Below, one piece after another: positions 13,931 to 26,299 of a DNA stretch of 64,000 nt. Numbering within the stretch: position 1 is the first letter of the stretch; each line of letters begins with the position of its first letter. The position numbers and the translations under genes were made by a program. The notes under the pieces are model-generated. The model saw only the letters and a program-made list of their open reading frames with translations, was not told where the DNA came from and made no database searches. The stretch is taken from assembly GCF_006345805.1 (NCBI RefSeq), contig NC_043003.1, positions 60,512,001 through 60,576,000 on the forward strand, written 5' to 3'. This stretch comes from Octopus sinensis (Eukaryota).

Positions 13931-14224
13931 GTTTCTAGGGGCCAGCCTTTCTTCCCACCCACCTACCTCACCCTATTTCATCCAGTACTCTGTCACTCCT
14001 CTTCATTTATAACTTTCAGAATGCCACTACGGTTATTTAAAGTATCTGTCACTATCGCTATTTTCCTTTCTTTTTCACTGACTCTGTTTCCTACCTTCCT
14101 ATCACTTCGCGGCGGTTTTGAAGTATATGTCTGTCACCAACATCAACACACGAGTCATGAGAACAAATATTATGAATCAAATATTCTTGCGTTCATTTAT
14201 ATGTGTGTGTGTGTGTTGTGTGTG

Positions 14225-14480
14225 TGTGTTGTTCTATATATATGTATATATAATGTATGTGTGTGTGTGTTCTATATATGAAAATGTATATATAATGTAT
14301 ATGTGTGTGTGTGTTCTATATATAAATATGTATATAATGTATGTGTGTGTGTGTTGTGTTCTATATATAAATATGTATATATAATGTACTGTGTGTGTGT
14401 GTGTGTTCTATATATAATATGTATATATAATGTATGGTGTGTGTGTGTTCTTATATATAAATATGTATATATAATGTATA
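14225..14480. repeat. Minisatellite of six ~40-47-bp units (gttctatatataaatatgtatatataatgtatgtgtgtgt)
   Basis: Six recognisable units starting gttct. Confidence 0.85.
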
Positions 14481-14627
14481 TATACAAAGTGTATATATCT
14501 GTATTTATGTATATTAAACTTTTTCATACTTTTTCATAGTTATATATATTTTTAAACAAATTATAAATATAATTTCATAATTTTTATTTTCAATTTAAAT
14601 AATTAAAGTTTTCAATTTTATATTTTA

Positions 14628-14945
14628 CTAGCAGTATCGCCCGGCGTTGCTCGGGTTTGTAAGGGAACTAACTATAAGCATTTTTAGTGAGTTATAGCAA
14701 AAAACATAGCAAAAAAGTGCATTAAAGATGCAATAAAAATGGAATTAAAATGAAATAAAAAATACGGTATAAATTTTTTTTTAAATCGTAGACTCATCGT
14801 AGACGCGCGCTAATACCCAGAAGGGCTCGATATGAATCACGACTATAAGTACCCGGTTTGGTTACACTGCACCGCAAAATGTGGGAGTAGTTAGGAATCT
14901 AAATCGTAGGAGACAGACACACAACCTTACTTTTATATATAAAGA
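14628..14945 (-). mobile_element. Non-autonomous Helitron, short variant
   Basis: Minus strand starts TC(TTTATATATAAAA) and ends CTAG. Subterminal hairpin CCCGAGCAACGCCGGG lies about 8 nt before CTAG. Inserted between A and T with no TSD. Confidence 0.88.
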
Positions 14946-15039
14946 TTTGTTTGCAACAACTAAAACATGCGGTTGTGCAATTGTTTGCACAGGAAACCTG
15001 CATGTTGTGGCGGTTTTTTTTGCCGTTTTTGTGGATCTG

Positions 15040-15463
15040 TTTCAGCTTTTTTAGCGATTTCTGTTTGGCGACATCAAGCCATGAAGTCGTTGTTCTAAAA
15101 GAACGCTGGTCTCCTTCACAACGCATTACGACGTTGATTTCCTTACACTCCCTTCCCCACAGCTTCACGAGGGAGGGAAGAAGGGGGAGAAGCAACACAG
15201 GTGCAGGCGTGAGCGTGGACGCCAACTCCGCCGCCATCGACACACGAAAAAAATATGCATTAAATGGAATAAAAAAATGATGTTAAATTATTTTTAAAAT
15301 CGTACACTCATCGTAGACGCGCGCTAATACCAGACGGGCTCGATATGAATCACGACTATAAGATACCCGAATTTGGTTAACTGCACCGCAAAATTTGGGA
15401 GTAGTTAGGAATCTATATCGAAGGGGACAGACACTCACACAACTACAGTTTTATATATATAGA
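15040..15463 (-). mobile_element. Non-autonomous Helitron, long variant lacking its own 3' end
   Basis: 5' TC end at 15463; body matches 47520-47907 and 48065-48450; no CTAG or hairpin of its own. Confidence 0.8.
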
Positions 15464-16479
15464 TATATTTTCTATGTTATATTTTCTTTTTTATGTTTGT
15501 TTTTTGGGTTTTTCACTGTTTGATTTGCCTATTAGTGGTTTTTATCTCTAATTTAATTTATACAGATATATATCTCATTTGTATACATTTGTAATATAAT
15601 GCGTGCATACACACACAACACACACACACACACACATATATATTATACACATATATATATGTGTGCATTACGTAGTCGGTCGATTCACCTGAAAATTGCA
15701 CACCTATGTTAAAGGTGCTGACAATTTGCATCACAACTATTTTGTTCCTCAAATGAAAGGCGTCACCTCTAGGACAAAATTCCTCATCTTATAAAATGTG
15801 GCCCCAGTACACCCGAATGAAATCGGGTTATATTAACCAAAATGTGAAAGGGGTCTAAATGGGGCTGGAAGGGGATTAAAATTCAAAGAGCGGGTTGTTT
15901 AGGAATTCTCTGTTGCATCAAGCTAAAAAATTTGCGCCAGCCTTTTAATCGTCAATGTGTTGCCGTCCATGATAAAGAAGTTTTGAATGCTTGCCATGGT
16001 GAGTCTACGGTCGTCGAGAGAAAGAAATCACTTCAAAATTGGTGTTTACGAATTTTCTTTTACATCAAGTTCAAAATTTTACGCCAGCCGTTAAACTGTC
16101 ACAACGTTGCTGTCCGTCGTTAACAAATGCCAGCCATGGTGACTCTACTATCCTCAGATTCTATCCCTTCAAACTTTGGTTTCCAATATTTTATTATTTT
16201 ATCAGCTCGCAGTTCGTCTGTCCCTTTTGAATGTTAGCGTTTTTGCTGTCTGCCTTGAAGCAGACCTTTCCATTGCCACTGCCTCATATTTCTTGATTGA
16301 TCTTTCTAAAATATTTTATTTCTCAACTTACTCAAGATCTTCTGTTGTTTTAATAAATGGCAGAGAGATAGATAAAGATAGAGAGTAAGAGAAAGCGAGG
16401 GAGAGTCAGAGAGAAAAGAAAAGTAAGAGAGTGGGAAAGTGAGAGAGGAAAGGAGAGAGAAACAAATACGGAGAATCAT

Positions 16480-16850
16480 CATCATCATCGTCGTTTAACG
16501 TCCGTTTTCCGTGCTAGCACGGGTGGGCAGTGTGTGACCGGGTCTCGGAAGCCAGGGAGGCTGCACCAGGCTCCAGTCTGATCTGGCAGTGTTTTCTACA
16601 GGTGGATGACCTCTAACGCCAACCACACTGTGAGTGTAGTGAGTGCTTTTTTCGTGGGCCGACGCACTGGTGCCAGGGGGGCTCGCAGTGGCAACGATCG
16701 GTTGGTGCTTTTTACGTGCCACCAGCACAGAAGCAAGTCAGGCGGTGCTGCTGCTGCAATCGGCCACGTTCGGATGGTGCTTTTTACGTGCTGAAAGGAA
16801 GCAACAGAAAGTAACACCCACACTCTTACCCGCGCGTAGAGCGGGTCACC
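16480..16850 (-). mobile_element. Abundant SINE or LINE-tail repeat ending ggaaaacggacgttaaacga(tga)n
   Basis: The same tail occurs on the plus strand at 35890-35985 (gcatggaaagcggacgataaatgatgatga). Confidence 0.6.
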
Positions 16851-16886
16851 TTCAGCTAGTATATACATATATGTATATATATATAG

Positions 16887-16918
<32 letters not shown>

Positions 16919-17559
16919 GGCGTGGTTGTGGGTGTTTGCGGGGACCGTTATATATTCGCTTTCCAACAAGTATTAATATGAAACCTCGCGGAATATTAGG
17001 GGACAGTCGCCTTTGGTTTCAGAGGCGGCGCATGTCTGGAAAATGAGAAACCAGATACAGTACAAATGAAGTTGTCTGCGGATTTTGTTTTTCACCGCCA
17101 TCAACAAAGTGAAACCGTGATGAGTTTATTCTTTTATCCTTTATCTTTTAGTTGTTTTTGGCATTTGACTGCGGCCATGCCGGAGCACCACCTTGAGCGT
17201 TTAGCCAAACAAATCGTACTAATGCTTTTTCTTTTTCTCTCTCTCTCTTTCTCACTCTGTCTCTCTGTCTCTCGTCTCTCTCTCTCTCCCTCCTCTTCTC
17301 TTTCTCTTTCTCCCTCTCCCTCCCCTATCTTTCTCTCTCTCCCTCCCCCACTCCCCTCTCTCACTCCTTTCCCTCTCTCCCTCCATCTCCCTCTCTCTCT
17401 CCCTCCATCTCCTCTCTCTCTCTCTCTCTTTCTCTCTCTCCCTCTCCCTCTCTTCCCCCCTCTCTCTCTCTCTCTCTCCCTAAATCTGGTAGCTATTCTA
17501 CCGCTTTATTTTGCTCAGCCGCTATATTACGTGTACATAAACAACACTGGCAGTCAAGT

Positions 17560-17626
17560 GTTGGTGGGAGACAAACTGAAACACAAAGACGCACACACAC
17601 GCACACGCACGCACACGCACGCACAC

Positions 17627-17674
<48 letters not shown>

Positions 17675-17812
17675 TCAGCTTCCGTCTACCAAATCCACGC
17701 ACAAGGATTTAGTAGGCTATAGTAGACGTTGCATGTCTTAAGATGCCACGCAGTGGAACTGAACCAGAGACCATGCCGTTGAGAAGCAAACTTCTTATCA
17801 CTCAGCCAACTA
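17560..17812 (-). mobile_element. SINE family A, diverged
   Basis: Head and internal (CA)n; a tail fragment lies at 17140-17210. Confidence 0.75.
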
Positions 17813-18422
17813 CACTAATATACAACAAAATTCGATCAAAATACATGCATACATAAATATATAAATGAATAAATAAATACGGAAATAAATACAGAATTAA
17901 TATATGCGTTTGTCAGAAAACGGACAATTTATGGAACTTCCACTCTCAATAAGTATAAGTTTAGGGTAATTACTGTAAATAGCCCTAGAGAATGGTTTTC
18001 GGCTGATGAATATTCATTCAACACGTTATTATTACTTTGGTAATAAGCATGTTTTCATATCTTCTACGTCGGTGAATATTTCATATTAAAAATATATACT
18101 TGTAGAAAGAGATAATAGCAGTGGAAGGTCTCTTCTTGTGAGGTGCAGGTATTAAGTATCGAGCAATCGAAGGCTTCGGTTCCTATTCTTGTTACAAATA
18201 CTTGAATGTACGTGCTTTTTTTCAAACTCACACGATTGCACACGGATGGATGTGTGTGTGTGTGTGTATGTGTGTGTGTGTGTGTGTGCGTGCGTGTGTG
18301 TATGTGTGTGCGTGCACGTGTGTGTGTCTTTATGTGTGTATGTACTTGTGTGTATGCTTGTAAGCGCGGGTGGGTTTCAGTGCGTGGATATAAACATGTA
18401 TTTGTATTGACATATATGAACA

Positions 18423-18461
<39 letters not shown>

Positions 18462-18549
18462 TATACATACATACATACATACATACATACATACATACAC
18501 ACACATATGCACGCTCACATGTGTATAAATATGAGTCTATCTCTATATA

Positions 18550-18745
18550 TATTCTTTTCTACTCTATGCACAAGACCCGAAATTTGATTAGATCGACTCC
18601 AGTACGCAACTGCTACTTAATTTATCGACCCCGAAAAGATGAAAGGCGAAGTCAACCTCGGCGAAATTTGAACTCCGAACGTAAAGAGGGACGAAATACC
18701 GCTAAGCATTTCGCTCGGCGTTCTAACGTTTCTGCCAACTCGTTC
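18550..18745 (-). mobile_element. SINE family B (Meta-like central domain), tail type 2
   Basis: Reverse complement of gagctggcagaaacgttag...gagttcaaattc...gcctttcatc...ggggtcgataaattaag. Confidence 0.8.
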
Positions 18746-18791
18746 CCTTCATGTATATAAATTACATATGCGAGTACGTACTGATGCGTGC

Positions 18792-18823
<32 letters not shown>

Positions 18824-18929
18824 CTGTGTGCGTGCGTGCGGTTGTGTGCGTATGTGTGTCTATGTGTGTGTTATTTTATTCATTTATACTTCAGCTTCGA
18901 GGCTGTGACCATGTTAAGACACTAGGATA

Positions 18930-19250
18930 TTTTCCAACTTTTCTGAACATGAAATCAAAAAATGATTTCCTTGAAGAACTAGAAAATCAAGAGAAGACCT
19001 TAAAAGAATGAACCTGTGGAAAATGAGTGAGTGTTGCTTTTTATGTGTGACTTGTAGGAGGAAATACTTGAGTCATGCAAGCCTGGTTAGCCACCAGAGA
19101 ATTCACAGGAACCAACACTTTGTATATTGTGATACGGCTGTTGTTCACAACAGAACCTGTACGACAAGTGGAAAGGTGTGCCTTTCAGTTGAAGGATTGA
19201 AAAGGCATGCTCAAGAGTCATACAAGGGCCTCATATTGCATCATCAATGA
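18930..19250 (+). mobile_element. 3' end of an RTE-clade LINE with two C2H2 zinc-finger remnants
   Basis: CVTCRRKYLSHASLVSHQRIH and CTTSGKVCLSVEGLKRH in ORF 19008-19250, as in RTE C-termini. No splice context seen. Confidence 0.6.
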
Positions 19251-19369
19251 TTCATTTCAATGATTCTTTCAAGCAATGGCTTTCCTCGTATACGAGAAAG
19301 CAGTTTCTAACCTAGATTCAAGGTTCATACATTGGAATTTCAATATCAACAGCAGGGTGTGTGTATGTA

Positions 19370-19777
19370 TATTCTCTCTTTTTCTCTATTTTACTTGTTT
19401 CAGTCATTTGACTGCGGCCATGCTGAAGCACAGCCTTGTAGTCGAGTAATCGACCCCAGGACTTATTCTTTGTAAGCCTAGTACTTATTCTATTAGTCTC
19501 TTTTGCTGAACTGCTAAGTTACGGGGACATAAACACACCAGCATCGGTTGTCAAGTAATGGTGGGGGGGCAAACACAGACACACAAACATATACACACAT
19601 ACATATATATACATATATACGACGGGCTTCTTCCAGTTTCCGTCTACCAAATCCACTCACAAGGCTTTGGTCGGCCCGAGGCTATAGTAGAAGACACTTG
19701 CCCAAGGTGCCACGCAGTAGGAATGAACCCGGAACCATGTGGTTGGTAAGCAAGCTCCTTACTAGACAGCCACGTGC
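19370..19777 (-). mobile_element. SINE family A, near full-length
   Basis: Head, internal microsatellite and tail all present. Confidence 0.88.
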
Positions 19778-19846
19778 AGATTTGTATGTCCTGGTCCATG
19801 CATGTATTCTCATGTATATAGTTGCATACCTAGACAGGATCGTATA

Positions 19847-20653
19847 CAGTCAACTCTCGCTACTGTGCCACCTCGCTACTCTGCCACTCTCGCTACTATG
19901 CCAGTTTTGCACGGTCCCGGCCAAATAATAAACAAAAAATTTTTACTATGCCACCCTCAACTCTCGCTACTATGCCACTTGTAAACTGAAGCGCACGCAA
20001 CTTTTCGAAATTTTGTACTCCTACATTTTGTACATTTCGTATTTGTAATCTTGTGGAAAAGTTCAGAAAGTAGCACACAATGTCAGCTCAGAAACGCAAG
20101 CGGACTGAGTTTACGCTGAAGGAAAAGAAGGAGATTATCGATGCTGCGAAAAACGTTATTGTCGGGCCCCTCATATCATTAGTAATATCTGATACAAGTT
20201 ACCGCCCCTTGTATTGTCCGACATGTTTCACTCTAGAAGAAATAGCAAAGGAGGTAATGCATAACGAAGAGCCGGTGGAAAGTGAAGACGACGAGGTAAT
20301 TGTGGAAGAGGAATACGTTTCGTTTACAGATGCCCAGAGAGCATGGAACACTATCCGAAAGTTTATGCAGCAGCAGAGCAGCGGAAAACCCAGCGTCATG
20401 CAGGCGTGTGATAGGCTAGACAACTAAATTAACTAGAAGCAATCTGAACTTAATAAACTTGGATGTCTTCTTTTTACCATTGCTTTGAACTTCTTATTGG
20501 CCTTACTTCCTACCATATGAATTTTTATTCGTATGTTCAGTAATTTTTTGATTATGTAGTGCTTAGATAACAGACCCTCGGTACTATGCCACTCTCGGTA
20601 CTATGCCACTTTGGCTCAGTCCCGCAGGGTGGCATAGTAGCGAGAGTTGACTG
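19847..20653 (+). mobile_element. pogo/Tigger-type internally deleted transposon
   Basis: 26-bp TIRs cagtcaactctcgctact(g/a)tgccacc with one mismatch, TA on both sides, and subterminal repeats of ctcgctactatgccac. Confidence 0.9.
20080..20427 (+). pseudogene. Fused N- and C-terminal remnant of a pogo/Tigger transposase (115-aa open frame)
   Basis: KRKRTEFTLKEKKEII is the start of a CENP-B-type psq HTH. It is joined in frame to an acidic segment and VSFTDAQRAWNTIRKF, typical of a TIGD/pogo C-terminus. The DDD domain is absent. Confidence 0.75.
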
Positions 20654-21929
20654 TATATTCAAATGATAAACTTCTGATAAGTTTTACAGATTTTTAGTTC
20701 CAGTGATAGATTGGATCTGTAGTCTTCGAATTATCTTTCACCTTTATGGTTTTGAAAAGACTAATTCTTCAAGATTGGTATTTAGGCAATGTGTTACACA
20801 TCACAGGGCTCCAATAATTATAGGTGTAAACTTGAACTTGTAATCTGGATATAGTAACTGCAGATTTCTCAATAACGTAGTTATTCTCTTTTTCACTGAT
20901 CTTCAGCTTTATGTTAACATCCGCTGGGCAGCTAATCTCCACAACTATACACACTTTCTCTTCTCTATCCCAAATCATTTTATCAGGTCTGTTGTGCTTA
21001 CATTTTATGGAGGTCTTCACTGGTACATTCCACCAGTATTCCTTTTTATTGAGTGGCTATGGCTTCTCTTCCATATTGTGGGTTCTTATTTCTTTGTTCT
21101 CGGGGTTATCCTTCTGACGGATTTCATTCTAGAGTGTCCAAGCTACAACGTCATGTCTCATCGGTAGATTATACCGTGATGACATTTTCGGACAACTGCT
21201 TGTGATGTGAGTGAGATCGTCAGTGTCCATAAAGTCTGTAGCGATTGTCACATTTTACGACTTTTCCCATATCTCTATCCCTTTTTTGCACCAAGTACTT
21301 GGTTGATATTTCCTGTTTCTGGATTGCAAACGTATACCCTTCAAAGTGGGAGGTACTAATCCGGCTATTGGTCCATGATAGGCTGCTTTGATGATCGATG
21401 TTACTATCATCACGGAGCTTTCTACTAACATATCCATGCATAGTCTTCTGCTCATATTGGCTCATCCTTTTATCTGATGATATGTTGAGGTAGAGTCGTG
21501 CGACTCCTTTGGGAATGTATTCTAGGTTAACAAAGAGTGTTGTTCAAGGAGCTGTCTTCCAAGTTTTATGTTATCAGTCTCATGTATGCAAACTTGGTCA
21601 AAGGATGCAGTTCGACGCTTGGTGGTTAAAAGATGCTGCCGAAGGGATATGATACGACATTCAAAGGAATTTTGGATCGATGGTAAGCCTCAGCCGCCTT
21701 GTTTACGTTTTAGGTAGAGGTGTCTACGTCACCATTTATGTGGAAATTATTTGTGCTTCTTAGTATTTTTCAGGTTTTCACATCAGTGGCTCGGATCACA
21801 TCAGGCACCCAATCAAGCATCCCAAATGTTGGTATGAGTACTGGCACTACAAACACATTGTGGGCCACTGTTTTACTGAATACAGAGAGTTCTGAAGGGC
21901 AAATTTCTTCCTGTGGTATTTACGTCATA

Positions 21930-22064
21930 ACGGTGACGGTGTCATTGATGTTGACGGTGGTGGTGGTGGTGGTGGTACTGCTGCTTCTGCTGCTGTTGCT
22001 GCTGGTGATGAGGGTGAAGATGATTATGATGGCGGTGGTGGTGATGATGATGATGATGACGATG

Positions 22065-22108
<44 letters not shown>

Positions 22109-22680
22109 TCGATGATGGTGATGATGATGATGATGATGTCGACAACAGTGATGATGATAAGGCGGTGAAGTGGAGCAAAAGAGATAGGATAAATCATCAA
22201 TGATATTGATCGTAAAGATTATGATGGTGATGATAATGATGCTGGTATTGGTGGTGGTGATGGTGGTGGTGGTGGTGGTGGTGGTGGTGGTGGTGGTGGT
22301 GGTGGTGGTTGTGGTGGTGGTGGTGGTGGTGGTGGTGACGATAACGACGTCTTGACGAAAATGACGACGATGAAGATGACGTTGATGATCATGAGAGGAT
22401 GAAAAGGAGAGACAAAGAATTGGCAACGACCGATATTGAACGTAAAGATTATCATGATGATAATGATCTTGGTGGTGGTGATAGTAGTGTGGCAGCGACG
22501 TCGGCGGCATCGGTGGTGGTGGTGGCAGTGAAGGCGGCGGCATCGGTGGTTGTGGTGGTGGTGATGACGATGAAAATGATGAAGACGATGATGATGTTGA
22601 TGATGATAATGATGATAATAATGATGATGGTGATGATGTTGATGATGTTGATGATGATGTTGATTCTGCTACCGCTGCTG
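21930..22680. repeat. Compound (GGT)n/(GAT)n trinucleotide patchwork
   Basis: Direct reading; this explains the poly-S/T/H/P ORFs. Confidence 0.9.
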
Positions 22681-23464
22681 TCACTTACAATTACCGCTCT
22701 TTAACCATTGATGTTTACCGCCATTGACGATACCCGCTATTTTAGCCACCACCGACAGCCTTTACTAAACTCTCTTACTTGCCCGCCCTTTACCGCTCCA
22801 TCCTATCCACCGCACCAACCGACCATCCAACCAGCCTGCCGAGCACCACCACCACCAGCTCCACCACCACCAACATAATTTCACCTCACACCCGAGCTCT
22901 GTAATTACAGTTCCGATTTTGCGTTTGTTTTATAGGCCGTTCAACCTTCAATCGTCGCCTTTTTTATATTTCCAGAGTTTCATCTCGTTTCTGTCTCCTC
23001 CCCACTGACAAACACACAAACAGACACACGACATAGCACACACACAAACAAACACACACACACACACACACACACACGCCAACACACACATACACACACG
23101 CCAACACACACACACATACACACAATTACACACTCGTACAGACACACACACACAAACACATCTACAGAATATAGACACAAAAACAAATGCCCCCTCTCTC
23201 ACTCACTTTTTATGTTGTGTTTTGTTCTTGCTTTATTATTATTATTATTATTATTATTTGTAGTAGTAGTAGTAGTAGTAGTAGTAGTATTTTGTTGTTG
23301 TTGTATGTCGGTGGTTTGTCATTGTTACATATTTCTTTCTGATCATTTTAGTGCGTAGGATATATTTCTGGTTGTTGCAGTTATTGTTGTTATTCGTGGT
23401 GAAAATTATGATTTTGTTGTTTTTCAAAGACTAAGTAAAGTTCACATGTGTGTAATCATATCCC

Positions 23465-23495
<31 letters not shown>

Positions 23496-23569
23496 GTCTG
23501 TATGTCTGTCTGTCTATATGTCTGTATGTATGTCTGTATGTATGTATGTATGTATGTATGTACACTCTT

Positions 23570-23924
23570 TTTCCTCTTATACTCTTTTACATGTTTCAGT
23601 CATTTGACTGCGGCCATACTGGAGCACCGCCTTCAGTCGTAAGCCTAGTACTTATTCTATCGGTCTGTTTTGCCGAACCGCTAAGTTACCATCGGTTCCA
23701 AGCGATGTTGGGGGAGGGGGACGAACATAGACACTCAAACAAACACACACACACACACACACACCACCACACACATACATATATATATACATATATACGA
23801 CGGGCTTCTTTCTATCAAATCGAGGCTATACTAGAAGACACTTGCCCAAGGTACCACGCAGTGGGACTGAACCCGGAACCATGTGGTTGGTAAGCAAGCT
23901 ACTTACTACACAGTCACTCCTGCG

Positions 23925-23926
<2 letters not shown>
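23570..23926 (-). mobile_element. SINE family A with internal deletions
   Basis: Tail, microsatellite and head motifs. Confidence 0.85.
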
Positions 23927-23969
<43 letters not shown>

Positions 23970-24034
23970 GCACACACACACAAGAGTGTGAATAATATAT
24001 AGCCATATACACATACATCAATCAATCAATAACG

Positions 24035-24205
24035 TCTATTCTTTTCTACTCTAGACACAACTGGTGCTTAATTTATCGAACCTGAAAAGATGAAAGGCAA
24101 AATCGAGCTCGGCGGAATTTGAACTCGTAATGACAGACGAACGTAGCAGCAAACGAAATACCGCTAAGCCCGGCGTGCTAACGTTTCTGCCAGCTGGCGG
24201 CCATA
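24035..24205 (-). mobile_element. SINE family B, diverged
   Basis: Head and Meta-like domain. Confidence 0.75.
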
Positions 24206-24330
24206 TCAATTATGCCTAGTACATATATAAGAACTGTATATATATATAAACACACATAGACATACATACATACATACATACATACATACATACATACATA
24301 CATACATACATACATACACACACACATACA

Positions 24331-24363
<33 letters not shown>

Positions 24364-24397
24364 TTATACACACACACACACATATATATATACATTT

Positions 24398-24615
24398 AGG
24401 CGGCGAGCTGGCAGAAACGTTAGCGCGCCGGGCGAAATGCTTGGCGATATTTCGTCTGTCGTTACGTTCTGAGTTCAAATTCCGCTGAGGTCGACTTTGC
24501 CTTTCATCCTCTCGGGGTCGATAAATAAAGTACCAGTTTCGCACTGGATCGATGTAATCGACTTAATCCTTTTGTTTGTCCCCTCTATGTTTGGCCCCTT
24601 GTGGGTAGTAAAGAA

Positions 24616-24617
<2 letters not shown>
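24398..24617 (+). mobile_element. SINE family B, tail type 1 (Tx1-like)
   Basis: aggcggcgagctggcagaaacgttag...tttggccccttgtgggtagtaaagaaata. Confidence 0.9.
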
Positions 24618-24648
<31 letters not shown>

Positions 24649-24873
24649 CTTAGTTATTTTAATATTTCTATTATATATATATATATTATATATATATATA
24701 TATATTATATATATATGTATGTATATATTCACATATACATTTACGATCGTTCTCCACAAACAGATTTATATGTATATGCACACAAATGAATATATACATT
24801 ATATACATTTATATATATATATACATATATGTGTATGTGTGTACATGTGTATATATATATATATTGTACATGC

Positions 24874-24983
<110 letters not shown>

Positions 24984-25644
24984 CCATCTCAAGCTTCCTT
25001 CTCCATCTACTACACCATTGTAAATGATAATGTGTATACAGCTGCTGATCCGCATCCTTTCCTAAAAACTAAAAACCAGCCACACACACACATTTGTACA
25101 TGCGCTGTCGAACACGTGAGCGTACACACTTTACCGATTTCACAATCATCTGCCCTCTGCTCTCTTGAATCTGTATCCAACGCTCTCTTGTTACTATTTT
25201 CACTCAAAGCGCCACACCCACTCTTCAACACCCCCATAGAGGTCTCCACCTCAGTCCACATGCCCACCAGCCGAAACGATCTCCATCTATCGCCATCATC
25301 ATCTACATCTTCCACCTCATCATCATCATCATCATAATCATCATCGCCAGCAGTAGCGATATCAACACCATCATTATTATCATCATTACATTCGCAAGTA
25401 GTAGCTGTACCGCCGCCAACACTACCACCACCACCACCACACCACCTACAACAACTCCACCGCCACCACCGTCACCAGCACTACCAACACTACAACCGCC
25501 ACTAGCACTACCACCACAAACACCAACACCACCACCGCCACCACCATCACCACCACCAGCACCGACGCCAGTACTACCACCACCACCACCGCCACCACCA
25601 TCACCACCACCACCACCACCAGCAGCACCGACGCCAGCACTACC

Positions 25645-25877
25645 TATTTCTTTACTACCCACAAGGGGCTAAACACAGAGAGGACAAACAAGGACAGACA
25701 AACAGATTAAGTCGATTATATCGACTCCAGTGCGTAACTGGTACTTAATTTATCGACCCCGAAAGAATGAAAGGCAAAGTCGACCTCGGCGGAATTTGAA
25801 CTCAGAACGTAACGGCAGACGAAATACGCCTACACATTTCGCCCGGCGTGCTAACGTTTCTGCCAGCTCGCTGCCTT
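25645..25877 (-). mobile_element. SINE family B, tail type 1
   Basis: Full-length reverse-complement copy. Confidence 0.9.
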
Positions 25878-25945
25878 ATCGGCGATTGTGGTGTTGCGGC
25901 TAGTGCTGCTACTAGAGCTGGCGGTTGTAGCGGTAGTGGTGATGG

Positions 25946-26260
25946 GGGTCGATGAGCTGGCACAATCGTTAGCACGCTGGGCGAAATGCTTAGCAGTATT
26001 TCGTCTGTCGCTACGTTCTGAGTTCAAATTCCGCCGAGGTCGTCTTTGCCTTTCATCCTTTCGGGGTCGATTAAATAAGTACCAGTTACGCACTGGGGTC
26101 GATATAATCGACTTAATCCGTTTGTCTGTCCTTGTTTGTCCCTTCAGTGTTTAGACCCTTGAGGGTAGTAAAGAAATCGATATAATCGACTTAATCCGTT
26201 TGTCTGTCCTTGTTTGTCCTCTCTGTGTTTAGCCCCTTGTGGGTAGTAAAGAAATAGGTA
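25946..26260 (+). mobile_element. SINE family B, tail type 1, with a second tail copy at 26178-26260
   Basis: Full copy followed by a repeat of gatataatcgacttaatcc...gtagtaaagaaata. Confidence 0.88.
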
Positions 26261-26299
26261 GTGCTGGCGTCGGTGCTGCTGATGGTGGTGGTGGTGGTG

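Larger units (their letters stand above)
19270..21925 (-). mobile_element. R4/Dong-like RLE LINE family 2, 5'-truncated and decayed, with SINE and pogo insertions in its 3' UTR
   Basis: Minus strand: VAHNVFVVPVLIPTFGMLDW...LYLKRKQGG (RT thumb), MHGYVSR...FEGYTFAIQKQEI, HNRPDKMIWD...VEISCPADVN...EKENNY (RLE), and a frameshifted TGT.KIC C-terminus. UTR pieces at 19290-19345, 19778-19846 and 20654-20715 are collinear with the copy at 61160-61475. Confidence 0.8.

Noticed and set aside
14899-15243. Recurrent peptide LLPSLVKLWGRECKEINVV (also at 47451 and 47966) as a gene family
   Set aside because: It is the same Helitron-internal DNA translated three times, with inconsistent frames, starts and stops.
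15930-16150. Two diverged ~150-bp direct repeats with Helitron-like upstream motifs
   Set aside because: No termini could be found, so the sequence cannot be classified.
19008-19250. C2H2 zinc-finger ORF as a host ZNF gene exon
   Set aside because: The fingers are degenerate, lack TGEKP linkers and splice sites, and match the arrangement at RTE C-termini.
19250-19846. Apparent recurring tail-to-tail pairing of RTE and R4-like LINEs at both 19.3 kb and 61.2 kb
   Set aside because: The shared block cagtttctaacctagat... reads better as the distal 3' UTR of the R4-like family on the minus strand, so both pieces belong to one element. RTE adjacency occurs only once.
21720-22704. Long poly-S/T/H/P ORFs
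   Set aside because: They are (GGT)n/(GAT)n repeat translations with no domain.
24035-24617. Inverted SINE B pair as the TIRs of a larger element
   Set aside because: The copies differ in sequence and tail; they are independent insertions around (CATA)n.
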